Assembly: GCA_965205335.1 (NCBI GenBank)
Contig: OZ242164.1
Coordinates: 160,001-224,000 of the forward strand
Length of the DNA stretch: 64,000 nt
DNA from: Candidatus Woesearchaeota archaeon
GTDB lineage: Archaea; Nanobdellota; Nanobdellia; Woesearchaeales; UBA583
Reading direction: 5' to 3'
Made by a program: the position numbers and the translations under genes. This document shows positions 18,627 to 27,529 of this stretch, in pieces (the first letter of the stretch is position 1; each line of letters opens with the position of its first letter). A model generated the notes under the pieces. It worked only from the letters and a program-made list of their open reading frames with translations. It did no database searches and was not told the DNA's origin.

Positions 18627-20039
18627 AAATGGTAAAATTTACAGAGATTTACCGTTATTAACAATTGAATTAAATTTATCGCTCCTAATGAAAATACTTC
18701 TATTTCCTGCTGATTTCTCAATCAAAAACCCTAAATTTACCAGTTTTTGCAAATCACTTCTAGCAGTTTGTTTTGTAATTACAAATCTCTGTGAGATTTC
18801 TAAAACTGAAAAAATTCTATTCTTATCACTTTCATAAAAACCTAAGATTTGAGCTTGTCTCTCTGTCAAATCCCCATATTTTAAGAACTTCATTGAACTT
18901 CTCTTCTCTTTTAACTTTCTTTCAATATATGCTCTTAAATCATTAAAAGCTAATTCAATTTTATCAACTTTATAATTAATAAAATATGTTAAGTCATTAT
19001 CATCAATTTCTGAATATACGTAAGCTTTAGAATATTGAGAATGACTCTTTATAATAATTCTTGATATACTAATATATTCAAATAGCCAGTAATTATTTGA
19101 GATAAGGTAAAGAAAAAAAATACATCTTGCACATCTTCCGTTTCCATCATAAAATGGATGTATATATCCAAGTAAGAAATGTAATATATTTGCTTTTATA
19201 ATTGGATGTATAAAGAATTTCTGTTCATTATTATAAAAATCACAAAAATCATCTATTAATCTTCCTAATTCTTTCTTACTTGGAGGAATATGATAAACTT
19301 CTCCTGTAATTCTGTCTGCAACTTTGATTTCATCTGTGTTTCTGAATTTTCCTTCGTAATCTACCTTCTCTAACGTTTTGGATGTAATTATCTGATGGAG
19401 TTCCAATAAAATCTCTTTTGTTAGTTTTTCCCCTTTTAAGTCTAAAATTCTTTTCATTGCAAGAAAATTGTTTAAAATCATCTTTTGACTTTTATCTTTA
19501 GGTTTTTTTCTGTTTAGAATCATATCCTTTGCAACTTTTATTGTTGTGCTTGCACCCTCTAACCTTGATGAATTAATTGATTCCTCAATAATTGAATTTA
19601 TTAAAAATCTATCTATTTCATCACTGGGGATTATTCCATTAACTGTTAAACTACCCCCTAAATTTAAGTCAAAATTGTGCAACTTCTCTAAAGTACTACT
19701 TGTTAAGTTAAAACAAAATCTGTACTTTCCAATCTTAATTGATTTTAAATTCTTCATTCTTTCAAGTTTCATCATATGCCAAATATCCTCTCTTGATATA
19801 CCTCTAGGAATATTCTTGTAGTATAATTTCTCCCAATAAATATATTTCTCATTGTATTCTTTGACTAATTCTCTAAATTTTGAATTTGATATGTATGCTT
19901 TAAAAATTCTAGATAAATACTCAGAATCAGCCTTCTTAGGAGGTATTTTTGGAAATCTCATTCTAATATTAGAATTACTTACTTATTTATAAAATTTGTG
20001 TAAATGGTAAAATTTACAGAAATTTACCATTATTGACAA
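18627..20039. repeat. 38-bp quasi-palindromic direct repeats at 18627-18664 and 20002-20039 flanking the Fic gene
   Basis: AAATGGTAAAATTTACAGA(G/A)ATTTACC(G/A)TTATT(A/G)ACAA, 3 mismatches. Confidence 0.8.
18639..19961 (-). CDS. Fic-domain protein with C-terminal wHTH
   Basis: HPFYDGNGRCAR Fic motif; SSRLEG; ITKQTARSDLQKLV HTH. Confidence 0.92.
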   Translation of the reverse strand: MRFPKIPPKKADSEYLSRIFKAYISNSKFRELVKEYNEKYIYWEKLYYKNIPRGISREDIWHMMKLERMKNLKSIKIGKYRFCFNLTSSTLEKLHNFDLNLGGSLTVNGIIPSDEIDRFLINSIIEESINSSRLEGASTTIKVAKDMILNRKKPKDKSQKMILNNFLAMKRILDLKGEKLTKEILLELHQIITSKTLEKVDYEGKFRNTDEIKVADRITGEVYHIPPSKKELGRLIDDFCDFYNNEQKFFIHPIIKANILHFLLGYIHPFYDGNGRCARCIFFLYLISNNYWLFEYISISRIIIKSHSQYSKAYVYSEIDDNDLTYFINYKVDKIELAFNDLRAYIERKLKEKRSSMKFLKYGDLTERQAQILGFYESDKNRIFSVLEISQRFVITKQTARSDLQKLVNLGFLIEKSAGNRSIFIRSDKFNSIVNNGKSL

Positions 20040-20054
20040 CAGCATTTACATAAA

Positions 20055-20683
20055 GTGAAGAAGAGGTTAAATGAAAGAGGAGATGATGTTTACTGGACAT
20101 GGAATAGTGATGACATTCATTTAGCATTTGATTTAGTTAGACCGTTTGAAAAGCAAAGTGTTTGTGTCAGAAATAAAGAAGAGGAACAAGATCTAAATGT
20201 ATCAGTAATAATCTCTGCGGTAAGTAATTTGAAGGATTTTAAGTATATAATGTAAATATTAAAAACAATGATGTAGATGATGATATAGAAAAAGTTCCTA
20301 ATTATTTTGATTATAGAGTTTCATTTGCACAGCAGAGAAGAGATAGTGATAAGAACAAGTTTAAAAAATTCAAATATAAAAAAACTGTAAAAAGAGGTGA
20401 TAAGGAAGTAGAAGTAGATTCCGAAAGAGAACTAAATTATACAGATAATCTTTATAGTGGAATTTTAAACTTGTCAGGATATAAACTTCCAACAGGAACT
20501 CCTGAAGAGGAAGTTACACTGCATATAACTTATCATAAAAAAGATAAAGAACCAGTAACAATATCAAGAACATTCAGAATAAGACAATGTAATCCTGGAA
20601 TAATTGACAGAACCTCTACAGATGACGGTGATGATCCTAGTATTAAGGGAAGCTCTGGGGGAGATATTCCTAGTCAAGAATAA
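20055..20683 (+). pseudogene. Partner beta3, frameshifted near 20245 (tail NPGIIDRTSTDDGDDPSIKGSSGGDIPSQE)
   Basis: FDLVRPFEKQSVCVRNKEEEQDL in one frame continues as FDYRVSFAQQRRD...RIRQC in another. Confidence 0.75.
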
Positions 20684-20690
20684 TTATGAG

Positions 20691-21632
20691 TTAAAATCTT
20701 AATCTTGGTAAAGGATCTCTTACAACATAAATTGAACCATCTCTTTCAATTATAGAATATTCTGGCAACTTTCCTTTTTCTGTTAGGTCTTCAATTACCC
20801 ATGCCCGATAAAGACTTCTCCTTTCAGGAGAATTAGTTCTATCATAAAAATCCGCCAATGTTAAAAGACTTAGTTCTACAAGTTCTTTATCTCTAAAATC
20901 CACGTTCCTGAGAATATTCACATTATATGCTAATAGGTGATTTCCTTCGTCTGAAAATGGAGCAAAGTCATATTTTTCTTTCCATTCTCTTACTTTTTCT
21001 CTAACTCCAGATGCATTCATAAATGTACCATTTATTATTGGTTCTGCTCCTTGTGGACTGCCTGTTGCTCCTACATATAATGATTTAAGTAAATCACTTT
21101 CATTGTCAGGACTATTGTCTCTCAAACCTCTTGCAAAATACCACACACCTGAAGGGGGAGAGGGGGGAGGCGGAACGTCTAACCCTGGATCTCCGTCCTC
21201 ATCGGCAAAGAAATTATAATCATCATCTGCATGAATTTTTAAAAGAAGCCAATAGTGTGGTGTGTCCATATCTTCGCTTGATATTTTATCTATTGATGTA
21301 GGAATACCTCTTGGACTATAATATCCCTGATCTGGATACATTGCATAATCAATTAATACATCATCAACGGATTCATCATTCACATAATTATCATTTATCA
21401 AGTCAATTGCTCCTTGCATTTCTGGGTAGTTTGCCCAAATCCTATTTCTTGCTTCATCTGAGATTTTCTTCCTTCTTTGTGCAAATGCTAATTTTGGAGT
21501 AACTGCAATAACTCCTGCACCTAATAATCCTTTTAAAAATCTCCTCTTTGAAGGACTTTCTATCTCTTCCATAAAATTTCCATTATATATATGGTTTCCT
21601 ATTCGCTTTTCTAATTTAATTGCTGTTTCCAT
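20691..21632 (-). CDS. Twin-arginine-signal cassette protein B3
   Basis: B1-like N-terminal two thirds; B2-like YDFAP.SDEGNHLLAYN block. Confidence 0.8.
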   Translation of the reverse strand: METAIKLEKRIGNHIYNGNFMEEIESPSKRRFLKGLLGAGVIAVTPKLAFAQRRKKISDEARNRIWANYPEMQGAIDLINDNYVNDESVDDVLIDYAMYPDQGYYSPRGIPTSIDKISSEDMDTPHYWLLLKIHADDDYNFFADEDGDPGLDVPPPPSPPSGVWYFARGLRDNSPDNESDLLKSLYVGATGSPQGAEPIINGTFMNASGVREKVREWKEKYDFAPFSDEGNHLLAYNVNILRNVDFRDKELVELSLLTLADFYDRTNSPERRSLYRAWVIEDLTEKGKLPEYSIIERDGSIYVVRDPLPRLRF

Positions 21633-21790
21633 TGTTAATTAAAAAGAAACTTGCACCATCATATAAAGTTTATATAATTCTTAAATAACTAAATGCATGC
21701 CTTTTAACATTTAAGAGTTTTATTGTGAAAACTCTCTTTAATACTTAAAATAATAAGAGATTGTTATTTATATAATTTTCTCTACTCAAT

Positions 21791-22147
21791 GATAGTAATG
21801 GTGGTATAGAAGATTTATCTCTTGGATTAAAAAATTTTGACTCAAAAGAAATAAATTTGTCAGATGGCTTAATTGGAAGATTCAGGGAGTTAAATACAAG
21901 TGGAAGTTTCTCAGAAAAAGTAGGACAACATTTTACAGGAACAAGAGAACCACCAAAATTAACATTAAGATACACATTAGAATCTAAAAGAATAGTAGAA
22001 GTAGAAGGACAAAAGCAGCCAGAAAAAATATTAAATTTTAGTAAGAGTGGTTTAGTAGAATTTTACTTAACATCATCAGACAATTGCAGAAGACAACAAC
22101 AAGGAGATGTAGGGGGAGTAGGTGATGCCGATGAAGGGGAAATTTAA
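21791..22147 (+). pseudogene. Partner 3'-end fragment alpha3 (tail QGDVGGVGDADEGEI)
   Basis: Identical to alpha1 up to DNCRRQQ, third distinct tail. Confidence 0.7.
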
Positions 22148-22149
22148 TG

Positions 22150-23070
22150 TTAATATTTATAATTATAGTGGGGGGGTCCTCTAATCTTAAATCCTACATC
22201 TTCTCTTAATGGTGCTTCTATATTTCTATTTATAAGTAAGCCTATTTCCATTTGATTACCCCTACTAGGGCGATAATTTACTACAAGCCAATAACTACTC
22301 CAGGATGCTGCGAGTTTTCTGTTGTACGGGTCTCTTGGGTCTCTTGATTCTTTGTCTCCATTACTCATTTCCTCAAATTGTTTTTTTATGTCCATAACTA
22401 CTCTTGTTTTTCCTTCCATATCTGACTCTAAATATTCTTTTGCTTTTTGTTCTGCTGTTTCAGTATCAGAATATGCAGCGTATGCTATTGAATGGACAAA
22501 ATTACTCTCAGTCGCTCTTTTTGTCTGTTCACTCCCTATGCTTTTTTCATGCGGGATATAACGACCTGCCCACTGATAAATATAAGAAATATAAAAATTT
22601 TTAATTCCTCTATCAAAATTTAACATCTGAGGCACATCCCTAACCTCCGGCAATCTAACAGTAATACCAAGCCCACTACGGTATTTGTGATTAATTTGTT
22701 CTCTTAACAAGTACAATGCCGGCTCAATCCTTTTTGACTTATCCTCTACTAATACACTGTCAAAGAATCCACCAATTACACCATTCAGCCTATTATTAAT
22801 GCTTCCATAGCTGCTCCTTCCTCTGTCTTCTCCAACTTGATCTCTATATAATATTCTTATTGCTCTATCACGGCAGTTTGCTATCCCCGGTGGTAAGCCC
22901 TGCGCATTTGCCTCTGAACTACATAATGTTGCATAACCTACTAAACTAACTAAACCAACCCCAAGTTTCTTTAAAAAATTCCTCTTTGAAGGACTTTCTA
23001 TTCCTCCCATAAAATCTCCATTATATATATGGTTTCCTATTCTCTCTTCTAAATTAATTGTTGTTTCCAT
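22150..23070 (-). CDS. Twin-arginine-signal cassette protein A3
   Basis: Identical to A1 up to LAASWSS, distinct last ~47 aa. Confidence 0.8.
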   Translation of the reverse strand: METTINLEERIGNHIYNGDFMGGIESPSKRNFLKKLGVGLVSLVGYATLCSSEANAQGLPPGIANCRDRAIRILYRDQVGEDRGRSSYGSINNRLNGVIGGFFDSVLVEDKSKRIEPALYLLREQINHKYRSGLGITVRLPEVRDVPQMLNFDRGIKNFYISYIYQWAGRYIPHEKSIGSEQTKRATESNFVHSIAYAAYSDTETAEQKAKEYLESDMEGKTRVVMDIKKQFEEMSNGDKESRDPRDPYNRKLAASWSSYWLVVNYRPSRGNQMEIGLLINRNIEAPLREDVGFKIRGPPHYNYKY

Positions 23071-23405
23071 TGTTAATTAAAAAGAAACTTGCACCATCAT
23101 ATAAAGTTTATATGATTCTTAAATAACTAAATGCATGCCTTTTAACATTTAAGAGTTTTATTGTGAAAACTCTCTTTAATACTTAAAATAATAAGAGATT
23201 ATTATTTATATAGTTTTCTCTACTCAATGATAGTAAGACAATAGGAATTTGAATTTCTACTTTTAATATTTAGATGCAAAGGAATTATTCTTAAATACTT
23301 AATTTCTAATAACTTATAGAATGGATTAAACTTTTATAAATAAAGAAATCAAAATTTTTAGTTAAATTTATGAAAAATAAAGACTTGATGATAACATAAG
23401 AGAAG
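22293..23405 (-). repeat. Right arm of ~1.1-kb inverted repeat
   Basis: Reverse complement of 6782-7895. Confidence 0.9.
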
Positions 23406-23544
23406 TTGTTACCATATCAAAAGAAGAGTATGAGAGTCTTAAGGCAAAAGAGAAATTTGCACAATATGGTTTAGCCCAACTCAAACTTACTTATAGCAGA
23501 ATACGAAAAAAACGGACTTCAAAAAGTCCTATAGTCATCTACTA
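23370..23544 (+). pseudogene. Frameshifted small antitoxin-like gene
   Basis: ATG at 23370 is out of frame with DDNIREVVTISKEEYESLKAKEK, a pattern common in small archaeal antitoxins. Confidence 0.35.
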
Positions 23545-23848
23545 AAAAATGTTTAAATATCTCTTTGTTTTCTTTAACAAATTTAATTATTTCTTGCCAT
23601 CATAAGCCACTAAAAGTACTTTTTGCGGTTCTATTTTCCAAATATAATCAGTAATAAAGTCTCTTGCTGTCAATAACAACTTTATAATCAACTGAAATAA
23701 TTTTCCGTATATAATTACAATATATTGTACCTTTTTACGTAAATTGCCAAAATAGGGTTCTGTTAAATTTCAGAGACCTGTCAATTTATTTCTTTTAGGT
23801 GATTGAGTAGAGTAAGTGAAAAAACTTTCTGAAAATTTAATAATAAAT

Positions 23849-24001
23849 TTATTCTAATAATTTATTCTTTTTAATGTGTTCTCTAACTGCTTCTTTACAA
23901 AAATCTGCTCTACTTTGATATAGAGGACTTGCATTAATTATCTTATCTACTTCATTCACCATATCCTGAGGAAATGAAACATTTGTATATTTTGAGTTCA
24001 T
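23849..24001 (-). CDS. Ribbon-helix-helix (CopG/NikR-like) regulator, 50 aa
   Basis: Manual translation MNSKYTNVSFPQDMVNEVDKIINASPLYQSRADFCKEAVREHIKKNKLLE. Confidence 0.7.
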   Translation of the reverse strand: MNSKYTNVSFPQDMVNEVDKIINASPLYQSRADFCKEAVREHIKKNKLLE

Positions 24002-24113
24002 ACCTTTGGAAATGGTATTATAAATAAAATATTTATCTGAGACTTCTATAAGAATTATGTGAGATTTCCTATGAAATATGATCTATAAAGTAAGAGATAT
24101 TATGTATAATAAA

Positions 24114-24249
24114 ATGCCTAAAATAAAGTTTGAAGTAGATGGGTGGTTATTGTTGCAGATGTAATCATAAATGGAAAGCAAGGAAGGTAAACAAGCCTAT
24201 AATATGTCCTAAATGTAAAAGTCCATATGGGGATATTTTGAAAAAATAA
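24114..24249 (+). pseudogene. Frameshifted small zinc-ribbon protein
   Basis: MPKIKFEVDGW / (+1 nt) YCCRCNHKWKARK..KPIICPKCKSPY; two CxxC knuckles. Confidence 0.6.
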
Positions 24250-24400
24250 AAAAATTTGCTTATTTATTTGTATTACAACCAAGTGCTTAATCAAATTATT
24301 AGAACTTAATTTCTAAATAAGTAATTCTCAAATTCCATGATTATACATCATAATACACTAAATAAAATTAGAAAAAGTAAATTAAAAAATATAAGATAAT

Positions 24401-27058
24401 TTATCCTACATTAACTTGTGAACCTTCTAAGTTGCCAGAACTTAATCTACTAGCAGCAGCTGACGTATCAGCAGCTGACCAACCATATACTAAAACGGAG
24501 TTCACACTCTCAAACAATCTAATCTGACCCTGTCCAGGAGATAAACCTGACGCAACACCCACTGACGGGTATGGAAGGCTAAGTAGTTGAGCCGCAACCC
24601 TGTTAACAGCAGGACCTCCAACAACAATCATATTACTTGTTCCAATAACCTGACTATCTAACAAAGGACCTGAGATTGCAAAAGTAACTGCTCCCTCTCT
24701 CATATCATTAACCTCTACATTTTTGTACATGCTTTCTCCTTTAAGTTCATCAGCTCTCTCTTCAGCCTCTTCCATTGTCATAAATGATTCAGACATAAAC
24801 TCAGTTTTAGCACTATCACCGAATACAACGGAAACTTCTGCTCTTACCTGTTCATCAGGAGTCATAATAGTTATTTTATCATTATCATCATTTACTTCTA
24901 CCATTACACCATACTTAGTAACGAAAGTTTTAAAGTCTGAATCTTCATCATTATCAGCATTATCAGCATTTACCCACTTATCCTCATCTCCCTCAAGTTG
25001 AGGTGTATTAAATTCCAATTCATCATCTGAGTTCCAAATAATAGGTATAGTAATATTCATATCCACATCATTAGGTTTATCATAATTTACATCACCCTTA
25101 TCTAATTTGAAAGTTAATTTTGATGAAGCAGGAGCTACTGCTAAAAAATTAACATTCTCAGCTTCTTCTGTCAATTCTAAAACCATCTCGTTCTCAAATG
25201 GGATTTCATTACCTAATTTTCTTGTGTCAAGTGTAATTTCACCTCTATCATCAATCACAGTTGAAAATGGAGCACCTCTTCCTAAATCTTCAGCCCAGTC
25301 AGCAAGAGGAAGATTATCCACATCATTTCCCCTTAAAAGTTCATTAAAATGAGTCTCATATTCCTCTGCATCTCCTACTTTCCCAATCTCATACAGGAAA
25401 GCATCATTCTTATCTCCAAGTAAGAAACCAAAACCTTCACTATCACTTAATTTAAATGCTACATTATCATTCATTAAATCCACTATATCACCATCTGCAG
25501 TATTCACAAATCCTGGAATATCTGGTAATGATCCTCTGAAAAATATTCTATTATCATCATTATTTCCTACAACATATAAATGAACCCCAGTAATCACCTT
25601 TTCTGAATCCTTCAATACATTTGCATGTAAAAGTGACTTACTAAGACTTTCACCTTCATCTGTTTCTCCAAAGATTTCAATGTCATCATCATTAGCTTCA
25701 AGTTTTAATTCACTATAATCAGGTTCATTAGTTCCTTCATATACCACTTCAAAAGCGTCAAACAGAACATCTGTAAGAGAGTCTCCTTCCTGTAATAGAA
25801 AATGATCATCTACTATGTAATCAATAGTAATTGTTTCTAAACCTTCACCAGAGAATTCTACATTAATATCATATTCTCCCTCGTACATATCACTAAAATC
25901 CTCATTGTTGATTTTAACTCTACCTTTTTCAAGTGTAACCTTATTTCCACCAACAACTAATACTGCATTACCTTTAGTATGTTGTGACCCTGAAACTAAA
26001 TCAGTAACTGCTATCACAAGTCCGCTTACATCTTCAGAATCATATTCATCAATTGACTGTGCGTCACCGTCAACTTCAAGCAGAACTTCGTCATCATCAA
26101 TGTTCAGAACTGTAATTTCATATGTTCTACCTCCAAAAGGAACAGATATAGATCCACCTTCAGGTAAAGCATACCTCTGAGAACCACCAGTTAAAACTAA
26201 CTTAGTTACATTACGATTTTCATCATCCTTCTTTCCATTTCTTGTAATATCAGCAATAGTAAACTCATTTCCCATAATTTCTAACTCGTGACCGATTAAA
26301 TCATCATCAAACTTATCTTCATCAAGAGAAATAGGACTATTCATTTCTAATGTGTAACTTGCAAATATATCACCATCTTTATAGAAAATTCCACTAGTGA
26401 TTTCTTCCACACCATCAACTTCATCACGCAGAGCATAGTTAAATTCTCCACCAAGTAACTCTAATTTTTGTTCATAATCTTCATCAGAAATGTCATTATC
26501 AAATCTTTTATCTTTTAAAACATCAGTATCTGACTCATCAAATCCACTTGTTTCAGTAACTCCATCAGTTATAATTGGGATTTTATTGCCACTAGGAGCA
26601 TGTAATACGAAACCTTTACTATCAACATCAACTGATAATTCTGGGTCATCATTATTATAATCTGTTGGGAAAAGTTTTGCAAGTTCTCCATCTGGACTAT
26701 AATCATCCCTATGTAAATATTTCTTGTCAAAAAAATCTCCAAGATATTCACCATAGTTCAATTCAGTATTAGACCTTACTGCATCTACTGTATCACCGCC
26801 TCCACCTCCTGTGGATTTGATATAAGTAACCTCATATTTCATACTCTCTGTCTTAAGAGAATCAATAATCATGTTAGCTGCAGTTGAATCAGAAGCCTGA
26901 GCCGCTGCACCTACTACAACATTAACTCCTGTATTATTAAAATTATCAGGATAATTGCTTAATCCAGCACCGAAAACCGCTGAACTTGCCATCACAACAG
27001 ATGTTGCCACTGCTGTAATTCTTCTTGTTGCTTTTTTAAAAGCTCTATTTATTACCAT
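24401..27058 (-). CDS. S-layer protein (Methanococcus/Thermococcus/DPANN type)
   Basis: Signal peptide; N-terminal VVVGAAAQASD and C-terminal MIVVGGPAVNRVA...VYGWSAADT motifs; very acidic. Confidence 0.9.
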   Translation of the reverse strand: MVINRAFKKATRRITAVATSVVMASSAVFGAGLSNYPDNFNNTGVNVVVGAAAQASDSTAANMIIDSLKTESMKYEVTYIKSTGGGGGDTVDAVRSNTELNYGEYLGDFFDKKYLHRDDYSPDGELAKLFPTDYNNDDPELSVDVDSKGFVLHAPSGNKIPIITDGVTETSGFDESDTDVLKDKRFDNDISDEDYEQKLELLGGEFNYALRDEVDGVEEITSGIFYKDGDIFASYTLEMNSPISLDEDKFDDDLIGHELEIMGNEFTIADITRNGKKDDENRNVTKLVLTGGSQRYALPEGGSISVPFGGRTYEITVLNIDDDEVLLEVDGDAQSIDEYDSEDVSGLVIAVTDLVSGSQHTKGNAVLVVGGNKVTLEKGRVKINNEDFSDMYEGEYDINVEFSGEGLETITIDYIVDDHFLLQEGDSLTDVLFDAFEVVYEGTNEPDYSELKLEANDDDIEIFGETDEGESLSKSLLHANVLKDSEKVITGVHLYVVGNNDDNRIFFRGSLPDIPGFVNTADGDIVDLMNDNVAFKLSDSEGFGFLLGDKNDAFLYEIGKVGDAEEYETHFNELLRGNDVDNLPLADWAEDLGRGAPFSTVIDDRGEITLDTRKLGNEIPFENEMVLELTEEAENVNFLAVAPASSKLTFKLDKGDVNYDKPNDVDMNITIPIIWNSDDELEFNTPQLEGDEDKWVNADNADNDEDSDFKTFVTKYGVMVEVNDDNDKITIMTPDEQVRAEVSVVFGDSAKTEFMSESFMTMEEAEERADELKGESMYKNVEVNDMREGAVTFAISGPLLDSQVIGTSNMIVVGGPAVNRVAAQLLSLPYPSVGVASGLSPGQGQIRLFESVNSVLVYGWSAADTSAAASRLSSGNLEGSQVNVG

Positions 27059-27529
27059 TTTTGTTCATCTCATATAATTCTCATATAAGTCTGACATATA
27101 TACAACATAATTAGCAGACATATATTATATTAAGTAATTTAGTATTATCTCAGTAATAACAAATTTTTTATTGTAACTAATGATATGAAAAGTATGTTTA
27201 TAAACTTTGAATTTTTAATTATTCATCCTAAGTTAGAAGTCAAATAAATTTTGTAGATAGATTTTAAACCTCTCATTTACGGAATAGCCAAGACGTTAAA
27301 CCTAACTGGGGACAATAGATTGGTTCTTTCTTTTACCAACCTATTGTGGTTATTTTAGCAGTATAGGCAGTTTTATCTAATATAGTTTTACCTTTGTGGT
27401 TATAAAAAATTTTAACGTTTCAGATAATTATTATACTAGTCTCAGAGAAATAGTTTATTTATGTTAGAAATATTTATTTCTATATAGTAATAATACGAGG
27501 TCTCTGAAATTTAACAGAACCCCAAAATA

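Larger units (their letters stand above)
23756..27521. mobile_element. Non-autonomous 3766-bp transposon-like element carrying an S-layer gene
   Basis: Perfect 24-bp TIRs GGTTCTGTTAAATTTCAGAGACCT (23756-23779 and 27498-27521); 9-bp direct repeat CCAAAATAG at 23747-23755 and 27522-27530; no transposase inside. Confidence 0.85.

Noticed and set aside
6952-23236. Integron cassette array with the leader as attC
   Set aside because: GTT and AAC boxes are not in the RYYYAAC...GTTRRRY order, the repeat extends into coding sequence, and no integrase is present
6782-23405. Whole locus as one transposon with 1.1-kb TIRs
   Set aside because: No target duplication at the flanks and no IS-like termini; the ends fall in gene remnants
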